NCBI GenBank assembly: GCA_051362555.1
Contig: CM120645.1
Span: forward strand, 2,418,001-2,482,000
Length of the DNA: 64,000 bases
From: Lingula anatina
Lineage: Eukaryota > Animalia > Brachiopoda
Direction: 5' to 3'
Positions 49,933-61,293 of this stretch are shown one piece after another; positions within the stretch are counted from its first letter, which is position 1, and each line of letters opens with the position of its first letter. The notes under the pieces are model-generated. The model saw only the letters and a program-made list of their open reading frames with translations, was not told the DNA's origin and searched no databases. A program made the position numbers and the translations under genes.

Positions 49933-52900
49933 GCTTCAGTTACCATGCCAACAGTAAAACCTCCCACAAGGTGTCACCACTGTTCTGTTGTGGTCACCGT
50001 GGAAACCAGTTACCATAAGAAGCAAATTAGAAATATTCAATGCCTAGGTAATATTAGCCGAGATGCTTTCAGTATGAGTGGAAGAAGAGTGGAGAATGTT
50101 ACTTTACAATCAATATCTTCCATTTTGCTATATAGCTGTGATCAGAGGCGTTAAAATGTTTTTCTTTATTAGTGAAGATTGCAGACTGTAACTGTCCGAG
50201 AGTTAATTTTATCTTCTGTCCCTCTCTCCAAATCTTATCAATAACATTTGCATAGTTACTATATTTCTGCACCCTATAACTGGTATTTTAAAGTGAAATG
50301 TGTTTGTGTGTTATTTGTTTAGGATTATTGTATTTATCTAGAACATGTAAAACTGCATAGTCACATTTACACACTGCCGCTGGAGATGACAGCGATCCAA
50401 AGTGGCACATACTTGAATTTGTATAATCAAGCAGGATTATTGGCACAATAGATAATAAGGCAAATGTCTCAAGAGATGAGGTAGATTGCTTTACTTCATG
50501 TGCATTCTTTGATGAAACTGATCTTGTTTGTTCATTTGTGTGCCACCCCTGTATAAATTTAACTAGTAAGGGTTACAGTCAACTTTTTAAAATTAGCTAG
50601 AGGTTGTAGAATTACCACATACTTTAAGTGTGTTAATGCTATATATTTTAAACGGAGCCTAAAATTTCAGCATTGCTACTTGCTTGACTGAATTTATGTG
50701 AGTAAGAAATGTATGGGTGTATTTACACTAGCTCAGATAAAACGATCCAAGTGACAAGGTTCAAATTGTCTAATTTCACTTAACTTGGCTAAGTAGGTAA
50801 ATTCCCAAGATGTCTGTTGTGTGTTCATCAGTTTGATTGCAATTAGCATCAGTTTAGTGATAGCCTACATCAGTTCGAATCCATTCACAATGAAGCTAAC
50901 TTAGACCTGATATACAATGCATCGCTATATGCACAAATTAACCAGCTTGCTAGTTATATTGATAAGGATGTCTTTTGACATTAAGTGAAAAATTTTAAAT
51001 CAGTTTTAGAGGTCATAGCTTTCTTCATTTGGAGAAAAATTTTCCCTTTGAGCTGCCTTGGTCATACCAATGTAAAAGATTAAAAAATCCAAAATATTTT
51101 AGAGGTCTCACAAAACTCTGACAGGGAATTGAAGATTTTAATTTTAGGATGCATGTGTAACAAAACTATTTTTGGGGAGGAGGGGCCTTTGATGTTTTGA
51201 AAGTTTTTGTATTCATTTTCCTCCCTGCAAATAGTGAAAATAGTCAACGTTGGGCTAGAAATCGGCAGTGGGGAGATTGAGATGTCCATTTTGTACAAAA
51301 GATTTAAAGAATGTTTTAACTTTTTGTGAGAGTGTGATAAAATGTGTCTTTTGCCTCTGTTTTAATTAAAAAGCCCTTAGAGAGCAGAGGAAGTGATTAC
51401 ACGGTCTACTTCAATTTGACAGCCCTAGTTTTTTTTCCATCCTAGGGTAAAAAAAAGAGGCTTACCAACTATGTTTGACTTACTTTTTTATTTTTCGACT
51501 AGATGCATAAACGTGTGTAAAAAAAGGTCAATGCCCTTTAAGGCTAGACATTTAATTTTTTCTGTGACAATTGCTTTTATTTAGAGGTGTTTTATTAACA
51601 TTCAAATCTAGTTGTTATACCTTTTACAATTGGGTGGGACTCTACACTGAAAAAAAAAAATGTTTTAACTCAGACAGTTATTTGTAATGTCCCTTTGAAA
51701 TTCAAGATGCATGACTGAAAACATGAAAGATTATAACTTACATTTTAGTTGTACTTTTGTTAGCAGAATTTATTTTGCTAACAACAAACATGCTTAGATA
51801 ATTTCAGTGAATTTTAAGTGACACATCTTTCAACAGAATGCAATGGCTATTTTAGGACGTCACAAACAAAACATTTAATGTATTTGGTTTGTCTGCTGGT
51901 CAGACATACCAACAGTACACTATTTACAGAAACGAAATAAAAAAGAAAAATTTAAGAAAACATTTTAACATTTGGGACAAAAGACAGCAAAAGAAATATA
52001 ATGGCATTGGAATTTTGAGGCTTGGTCATTCTTTTTGCATATGCATTTTACGAATTTGAAGAAATTAGTAGTTAAATGCTTATTAATGTTTTGATTAGTA
52101 GTACTTTGTGAAAGTATTTTAAGAACAATATATTCCTTTGAGATAAATAGGAAAATATGCTTGGAGCAATTTTTAATTGTAACAATTTTAATCCATGTAC
52201 ACAATTAATCTTAAGAACAAAAATCAATTAAGTTAAGGCAAAATGTTAACCACCTGTCAATCAATGATATACTGTTGAAAACCTCGTATCCTAAGTGATG
52301 GTTTGAAATTAGATTTTATCATCACATAAGTTTTTAACTTTTATCAACCATTTTTATTTATTCTTTGACATCTATTCGCCAATTTTTTGACTGAGCCCCA
52401 GTCACATAAGAAGTTATGGTATCAGAAACTAAGTCACCACATATTTGTATTTTATTTTACTGTGGTTAGATGTAGAAAGTATCTGAGATTTTTCCCACAA
52501 AATATTGCAACCGCCTATACAACAACAAAAGACTAGGTAAATTCATAACTAATGTCGCAGTTTTTCAATGTTTAAAGTTGCACAAACATATAACATAGTA
52601 ACTTCCAAAATTCAACATGATTTCCAAATTTATCCATCTGCAAATATGTTGAATTTTGTAGCAACCAGACAGCTGTCTAAAGTTTAAGTATTTCATACGG
52701 AGAATGTGTCAAAGAGAAATACCCTACCATACATCATTTTGGTTAATGTGCCCCTTGCTCTCTATGACAGGGCCAATGTTTAACAATTGCTCTAGCTATT
52801 TACCTTTACATTGAAGGAATTTTAAAATGACACCTCTTCTACCTGAGTGTGCTAGATGTTGCTGGAGAAAAATTAATGGAGACTGACTGGGTGTAAGGAC

Positions 52901-55900
52901 TCCACTTTGAGGTTGCATATATGTCTGTGTGTCTCCACGTATGAGCACATTAGCAAGCATGCGTGTGCGAATGCAAGTGTGGAAAAAGTTCTTGAAATGT
53001 GTAAGGGACTAATATGAGGATTGCGGTTGAGGGAGGGGGGTGGGGGGGGGGGGGGGGGGTGCGCAGAAGCACCAAAGGGGTTTGTTATGGATAGAATAAT
53101 AATGTAACTAATAGTGTGGAATTTTGCATCCAAATAGAGGTTGATGTTTATTTCAATGTAATTGTCTCATATCCTTTTATATTCTCTTAAAATAAAGAAC
53201 AATTTGTGTCACGCACCCCCCCCCCCAACCCTCTATCCATTTCTACAGTGGTATTGAATCACATTTTGTTGTGCTCATCTACTGCAATGCTGGAGTTGAG
53301 ATAAAAAAACATTGCATATATATCTAATAATAAGCACATCCTTGTTGGCAAATTGCTTAAGATTATTTTAAAGAGAGTGGTCCACCCTTTTCAAAATGCA
53401 AACAAAAATACTAGTAGTATATTTTAGGGCTTTATATTTTGTAGCTTAGATATTATATATAAATTTGTCAGAGAGGGAAAAACTGGTGTGTTAGAAACTG
53501 CCTTGCCCAAACCATAAAATGGCTTTATTGATAATATATAAAGTTTATGATATAGATATACAGTATGATAGTGTCCTCTATAAACATTTAGGAATTATAT
53601 CCTTAGCATAAGATATATAATATTATATCATATTAAATAGCAGTGCACAATAATGCAGATTATTTAGCCCTACCTCCATGCTGATGTAAGTCAACATGTG
53701 AACAGAGCTGTAACAATGTTAATGGTGTTGTTTCCATGGTGACTGTTACATAGCAACTGTAACCATGGAAACCGAGTGGTGAAAATGAAGTCCACTTAAA
53801 ACAGTATTTTGAAGAGAGGGCGAGGGGTCATTTGTATTTAAGAGTCATGTCGTCTTAACGTTTTTATTTGCTGTGTCTGTTCAGATATTTTATATCTATT
53901 TTATTTTAATGAGACTTTTAGTTTTTTTCAAAATAGTTGTTTCGTACTACAAATGATCACATCGAACATTACATCAAACTTGTAAAGTTTCCAAAACTAA
54001 ATGTAGATTTTATTGAAATATGCTTTGGTTTTTATAATACATTGTTGCCTTTAGTGATCCTTTTTTTTTCATATTCTCTTAGACCCCATTCCCATACACT
54101 CCATAAATCTAAGACTCAACTGTGTCATGCCTCCTCATCGCATCAAGTAGAATACAGAGGAACTGGTGTTTATACAAGTATGTTGTAAATGAGGAGAGGC
54201 ATGTCACTCAGCTAAGCTGATTGCACTTAGCAAAAGACCCTGCAGAGTTGGGTGTATCCATGTAGACCAATGGCATCTATGGGAATGGGATCTTATATCT
54301 ACATTGGATATATAAATGGAGGAAAGCTCCAAAATTAAGGCCTTATAACAGACATTTCATTGCCACCATGTGTGTTCAATCCAGGCAAGTACTTAACAGA
54401 GGTTGTTCTAGAAAACTTTTCACAAAGAAGCTCTGCCCCTAAAGATACAAATGTCTGTCTCTATACATGCAGTCTTTTGACACGTCCAGTACAGACAGCT
54501 GAAAGAAGCACAAGGTACAAGAAAACAAATATATTTAGGCCGATGTAATCTAGAACCACTGAATCTTCAAAGTCACGAACATTTTGACCAATAAACCTTT
54601 GCACCTCTGAAAGCAACTTGGTGTTGCTCTGCTAATTTTGACCAATCTGAAAACTGATCAAAATCATTACAACGAGGAATTTATATTTGATGGATCTTTT
54701 TAGTGTATATTGAGTACAGTATACAGGGTGTCGCCAGTCACAATTTGCCTATTGTCACTATGCTTCTTGGGCTTTGTGCTTTTATTTTCTGGAACAATCT
54801 TAAAAGTCTGGGCTCTCCATCTTTACCTACAGTGTCTTCTATCTGTTACAGCACTGTTCATGCTTTGGCTGATACAAATACAGGATTTTTTTTAAAGAAA
54901 AAGAAGTCTTTTATTCTTTAATTGTATTGTACATATTTACCAAGACCAGCCATGATTGTACCCCATATATTGCCATACGACGATAATTACTATTGTATAA
55001 ATATAAGTTTGATCTTATGCTGATTATCAGTCCACTAGGAGCTTGGACAGTGGTCAGTGCTGGACTCGGACAGTGGTCAGACTGGGGTGGATCCGGAGAT
55101 ATTTTCTGACAGTCTTCCAAATTATCTTTGTCGGCACATCCTCCAATTTTGACAGTTTTCTGACATAAAGAAAAAAAAAAAATTAGATGCCCATCAATGT
55201 AAACTTCATGAAGACCCAGCAAACAGCTTCCAACTGCTCCTGATGCAGTGAGATCGCAATCTTCTCCCTTATCAAAAACTGTGGGCTTTTTGCAAACTGT
55301 TGCTGCAAATTTGCAGGAAGGAATCTATGTAGTAAATGTACTAAATGTTGTACAAACACCGTTTAGAATTTCAAAAGAGAAATAGAACAGATTTAAACAG
55401 CATGTGGCACTGGCACTTTCAGTGTTATGTCTTTTGATCAAATCTGAAAGAGAAAAGTAATTAAGACAACACACACAAACTTTTTTCTATGTCCACTTGA
55501 CCACTCTGATCACTATCTAAGTCTCCTATTGGGTCAGGTACAAATGTGATATGATTCAAATACAGGAGAAATTATTTTTAATTTGTACCTCCATATGTTG
55601 CTGTACCCATCATATTGTTTTACAAGTATATATATATCATATAACAGCAAAAACCATAGTTACCATGTACTGTAGGTAGGATATACAACTCGTATAATTA
55701 AAAAGGACGTAGAGTATGTTTACCAATGTGAGCCATGATTCAAATTTTTAAGGGTCGCCATTTTGGGGTTATGTTTTGTCATTTTATTTACTGTTATAAG
55801 CAATAGATGTGAAATTTGGTTGTCTAAAATGCATTCACGAAATCACAGCAAAGAAATTGGCAGAAGGCATTTGTGCAGAAAATAAGTGAATATTCCTGAA

Positions 55901-58900
55901 AATGCAAGCAGTTAAAGTATACCCTATCCATAAGTGATGAAAAAATTAACAAATTTATTGAAAATCTATTAACCCATTTTTGAGCTCTTAATTTCTATTT
56001 TTCCATGATTAAAAATGAAATTCACCAGTCTCTCTCTATATATATCCATCCACAACGAGTTGGTAAGAACTCGAAACTGGATTTATAGTGGTTTTGTATT
56101 ACAATCTTAAAATTAATATAGCTTAATTTCATTGAATTGAATACTTAATCTCCACTTGAAATGATCACAATACCAGGTGTATTTATGTCTGCTGTTCTAC
56201 TGACGAGACAATTATGAGAACTTTCATAACAAATAGTACTTTTTAAAATTTTTTGCAAAGAAGTGGTTGAAGAACTATGAGAGAACAATGCATGGTTACT
56301 TGTATAATTATGGGAATTGAAATATCAGTGGTCAAATCATTTTTGAATTTATTGATATTGAACAGGGACAAATTTTACATTAATGATCTTCTTGAAAGCT
56401 TACATATCACTTTGGTTTGTTCCGTAAGAGAACTGCATATATATATTTTGAATCTTTGTACTATGTAAAAAGACAGAATATTACTTTTATAATAAAGTTA
56501 GATACTTAAAATTATCGATCAATGTTTGTCGCTTGCTAGAAGGTAGGTATGATTTTATTTGGCATGTTGCTGGTTTGTGTCAGGCATTTTTTTATTTTTC
56601 AAGCAGTGATAAGTACTTAAAAGAGGCCAGAACATGATTTTAAACTGAAGAACAAAACACTTAATTAAATAATTGCATATTCCTGTCTAAAACACCAGCA
56701 AAAAAAAAAAAAATGATACAAACAACTAAATTCGAGTACATCGCTTTATTTCAATTTACGTTTAGACTTCACAAAAATGCATACAACAAAGTAAAACAAT
56801 TTTGCTCCTTCCACAAAGGACCAGTACAACTCATGTATAACTTTTAGGAATGATTGATAAAATTAAAAGATTCCATCCTAATTCATGATAACAGAAGCAC
56901 AATGTACAACTATGGTTTCAAGATTTTTTAAGTTTTGAGTTCAAAGCGGATTATTTGTTGTCTGCACAACAACAGCTGAGAATCATTTTATCTCCCAAAC
57001 ATCAATATGGGTGTAATTGGTTTCTGGCCAAAAATCACCTGTATTATATCCAGTATTATATCACAATTCACAGCCTTTGACTGTGGAAAACAATGTAAAA
57101 ACATATCACTTTTCCTTTTTTAGGCTATGGTGATGACTCAATCATTTCAAAAGGGAAAACTGTGAAGTTTACAGATACTGTATTTTTTAAAGTAATAAAT
57201 TGAAAAACGGACTACCTAATAGTACTAATCTATACAGTAAAAGCACCAAAAGGCTACATAAAAATTAAATTTTTATTGACTCCAAAATTACACCAAAAAT
57301 TGATGGTTTTTAATGATCCGAGTCATAAACGTATACTAGTATTTTACCTATCCTAAAACAGATGGCACGTGATCTATTGTAGTTCCTCGTATTTTTGATA
57401 TATATATCCAATCCACCCTTGAAAGGCACACCATTACTACAGGACAAAGATTAATCAAATCCCGGAAAAACAGTTCATAATCAGATAAAATTATGAAAAT
57501 GCAAGCAAGAAAGTGATTTGATTTTATATTCATAAAAGAGTTTTACCACATCACACAGCAGGCTGACCCCAGTATCACATGTCCCTTCACCTCACCCACT
57601 TGCTTCCTCTGAAAATATTTATTTTTAGGTGAAAAGGGATTGAAGTGAAGCAAAAGAACACTTTCTTAACTCTCATTTACCACTTTCCTTTGAAATCCTT
57701 AAATTCTTCATGAATACAAATGTGAAATGATCTTAATAAATCTTATCATAATAAATTCTTTGTTTTAGACAAGAAAATAATAAACGATTTCCTGTTTTTG
57801 AGAATCTTCACATAATATTTGGCTCTAAGACTTGCTGTCTTAATTTGTCCAAACTGCACTGAAAACAATTCTAACAAAATATGGCAGAGGAACTGCTACT
57901 TTTATCAAAACAAATTGAAATAAAAATAGATTTTTGACTTAATAAAAGGATGAGATTCCGCTTTATACAACATCAAATGCAAGTGCAATGACTGGTCTAG
58001 CAATAATTTGTAGGAAAATCCCATGAGTGGCCCTTTAAATTTGTTTTCCAGTAACATGCGACTAGGACTGTTCTCTGTAGCTAGAGTTAAGAGATTCTTG
58101 TATATTGAGATCTTATAACAAACATAAATGAAAATGTCTTAAAAATAGCTAAAAAGAAACCAAAGAGGTTTGTGACTTGAATATATGTATAAGATACAAT
58201 GGAAAATTCCATTTTTAAATCATACTAAAAAAGTCATTAATACAGTAAAATTTTTTTTGGTGGAAAATAAAAATAAAAGACTAAGGGATAGATAAATTAA
58301 ATCTTCAAAGGAATGTAAAAGAAAACTGCAAACAAGGCAGATACATGTAGTACATATTTGATAGAAATACTTAAAATAGCTTACTTTAAAGGACATGAAT
58401 TTCTAAAACAAAAAAGGATAAACATCAATATGTAAATCAATTCAGCAACATTTTCAAGAAGTAGCATACATCTAAACATGTAGATAGATATATTACACTT
58501 ACTCAAAATATATTTTTTACAAAAATCAAACATAATTATTCAAAATAGTTATTGAAGTTCATTGTTCCAATCCTAATATCACTTTGGCGTTTTGTGGTAA
58601 GGGGAATTCTCAACTTGACCCTTACGGACAGTAATATATTTAAATATGCACTGACCCTTCCATCTTAATCATACAACTAGTCCTTACATTGAATCTGTGA
58701 TCCAAATCCTCAGATATTATACATCGTGGATTGGTAACCAACACCACCAAGACAGCAATCACAGAACTAAATACATCCAGGAAACCCAGGAAATTTTCAA
58801 AGTTTTCCCATCTTTCCCAAATATCACCATATGGATACTGCTGATGATACTCTTGTGCCACTGAGACCATAAAACTTCCCTCAATGACTTGGAAAAATTC

Positions 58901-59031
58901 TCTTCTCTGATTAGTGTAGCACCGCTGGGAGTCTTTGTCATATTTTCATTCACTTGGGCCCCAATGAGTTTGCTAGTCTCTAGAATCAGACAAACATGAC
59001 CATTTGCTTGGTCAATGATAAAATAGACTAT

Positions 59032-59245
59032 GGGTGCATTCCCATAGATTTTAGATCAATCTATCCCCGTGGGGAGTCTCACTAGATTACTGTCAGATAA
59101 TCTGGCTTAAATGTCCGTCCCGCCTACTACAAGCTGTAAGAGGGTAATTAACTTTCGCGTCCGCTCAGCTGACAGCTATTTAGCGTGAACCCCCAGGGAG
59201 TTAGGACGATTTAGTTGGATCGATCTAATCTCTGGGAATGGGGTC
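59032..59245 (-). mobile_element. Second, inverted copy of the 47850-48058 MITE family with TAT TSD
   Basis: GGGTGCATTCCCATAGATTTTAGATC ... GATCTAATCTCTGGGAATGGGGTC, flanked by TAT/TAT. The internal GGGGAGTCTCACT, GTCCCGCCTA and GAACCCCCAGGGAG are reverse complements of the first copy. Confidence 0.85.
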
Positions 59246-59417
59246 TATGACTGGTTATGGATACAACTGATTACACTTGGATTGCAAAGATGACACACAT
59301 CGAGTTTCATTAGTAGTTTGTTTTCACAACAATCTTAAAATTTCAATCATTATTTTTATCCCGGCTAGTTGTGGGTCATTTTTGTCACAATATTGCTGGA
59401 ATGTGTGCTGATTGTGG

Positions 59418-61293
59418 TTAAAGTTGCAGATGGTCAGGATGAAACTTCAGTTCTGGACTGCCTGGACTGGTATGCTGGAACATAAATAAATAAATAAATA
59501 AATAATAATAATATATCCTTAAAGAAAAATGATCACTATCTTAATTGTGATAAATATACAGGGAACTCCATGAGTGCACACCTCCACCAAGAAAAAATGT
59601 GAATCAAATCAAGTTAAAAAAAAAAAATTAAGAGAATGGGTTTCAGTTGAAATTGTTATCACTTCTTTCCCTCTTAAATAAATGCTTATCCTGTAAATTC
59701 CATCTAAAATTTTAAGGATCTTTAATTTTAGAACCTTTTGGTTGTCCACAAACGAACAAACTGACAAAGAAAACAAGAATGAAAACATAACATTTTTTAG
59801 CAGAGGTAATTATTGTAGGATCCACTGGATTAAGTGGAAATTTAGCCAACTAACCCATACCTTTACATTAAGCGGCCTCTGAGCCTCTATTTTAGCCAAC
59901 TAACCCATACCTTTACATTAAGAGACCTCTGAGACTCTCTTTTAGCCAACTAACCCATACCTTTACATTAAGAGGCCTCTGAGACTCTCTTATAGCCAAC
60001 TAACCCATACCTTTACATAAAGCGATCTCTGAGCCTCTATTTTAGCCAACTAACCCATACCTTTACATTAAGTGACCTTTGAGCCTCTCTATCATCTTCT
60101 AAGAGTTCCGACTCCCAGTCTCCACCTTCCTCCTCGGGATCGTAGCTATACACCGGCATCATGGCATGGCGTAACTTGTCAATTCTGAAATTGATAACGT
60201 GATCACTCAGAGAGATAAGTACACCTCTTAAGAAGAAGAAAAAATCTGTTTTTGAGTTTAGTGCAACTTGTTCCAATTAAACAAGGTATTTTTTGTTCCT
60301 TCATGACCCCTCAAAAAACAAATTAAATTAAAAAAAAAAATAATAAATAAATAAAATAATAATAATAAAATAAAATAAAATAAAATAAAAATAATTAAAA
60401 ATTGGAGCACTTTCACCTGTGTGTCTCATATCAACATTTTTTCTCTTTAAAGGGAAATAGCTTAAACAGCAGGTGCAAGAGCGCAGCGGTGGAGGTGTGG
60501 GGGTAATCTTCCCCTTTATCTTCCCTCTTTTAGTTGACATTTTCATTATCAAACCTATTAACTAGATACTAATGGGAATTCAGGAGACGAAGGCTGCATG
60601 TTACTGCAGGAAAATATTGATTTATAGTCACCCTTACCTTTTACGTCTTACTATGAATATAATCTGAAGTGAGAAAAAAACCATTGTGTTATTAAAAGGT
60701 CTATGTGGCATTGAAAAAAAGGATGAAAAAATTGAAAAAAAATCACATTTCCTATTCAATTAACTGACTTATCTCATGAATTGTCTAAACATAATATTAT
60801 TCATACCTATATACACCTGGCAGATACTGGTAAATATATATAAATTTGACTATCAAACTCAAATGATTTGACTGTCAAGTTATTCATTCAAAAATACCTG
60901 GTATGGTTTAGTTTCCTTCATTTCCTTTGCCTTAAATGTGCAAGAGATTGAAAATCTGGCCTTACTAATTAATTATTTAAAATCATATTTTTGTAAAATG
61001 GTAAATTATGTAGTTTTTTATCTCACCAAAAATACTGCCAATCCAATGATGAACAGTGTCGCCAAAGGTATCAACACATAGGCCAATGCACTGCTGACAT
61101 GTGCCCCAGATGATACTGTTGCTGTCGTTGTCGATGTTGTTGTCATTGCCAATGTTGTGGTTGAAGATGGCTGCAGGGCGACCTGGATAACATGAAGCCC
61201 CGTGCTACTTGTGTCGTTGGCACTACCGTATCCTATAACAACATTGGAGCGTGCAGCTGTTGTGCCTGCCATTACAGTTGTGCTAAAATTCAT
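59418..61293 (-). CDS. SMIM29: Small integral membrane protein 29 (C6orf1)-like single-pass protein, ~157 aa, 4 coding exons
   Basis: Exons: 61293-61027 (MNFSTT... S/T-rich ectodomain, TM LAYVLIPLATLFIIGLAVFL), 60663-60638 (26-nt micro-exon IIFIVRRKR), 60184-60061 (IDKLRHAMMPVYSYDPEEEGGDWESELLEDD...) and 59474-59418 (HTSPGSPELKFHPDHLQL*). These match recalled human SMIM29 [39 protein letters not shown]. There is an in-frame TAA upstream of the ATG and an acceptor at 61326. Confidence 0.88.
59841..60090. repeat. 5 x 50 bp tandem repeat spanning the SMIM29 exon/intron junction
   Basis: Unit TTTAGCCAACTAACCCATACCTTTACATTAAG(C/A/T)G(G/A)CCTCTGAG(C/A)CTCT(A/C)T starts at 59841, 59891, 59941, 59991 and 60041. 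Confidence 0.97.

Noticed and set aside
49930-50010. Selenocysteine recoding of the HMGA TGA
   Set aside because: No recognisable SECIS (AUGA..AA..GA kink-turn stem) was seen and HMGA is not a selenoprotein family. It is kept only as a generic readthrough candidate.
50477-50498. TGAGGTAGATTGCTTTACTTCA begins like mature let-7 and forms a tiny hairpin
   Set aside because: Only the first 8 nt match let-7 and there is no ~60-70 nt precursor stem. As a target site it is on the wrong strand for HMGA.
51757-51784. 13-bp hairpin TTGTTAGCAGAAT-TT-ATTTTGCTAACAA in the HMGA 3' region
   Set aside because: It is a short AT-rich palindrome with a 2-nt loop, plausible by chance, with no family resemblance.
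59841-60090. Regularly spaced repeats superficially resembling a CRISPR array
   Set aside because: The units are contiguous with no unique spacers, the context is eukaryotic and there are no cas genes. It is a minisatellite.
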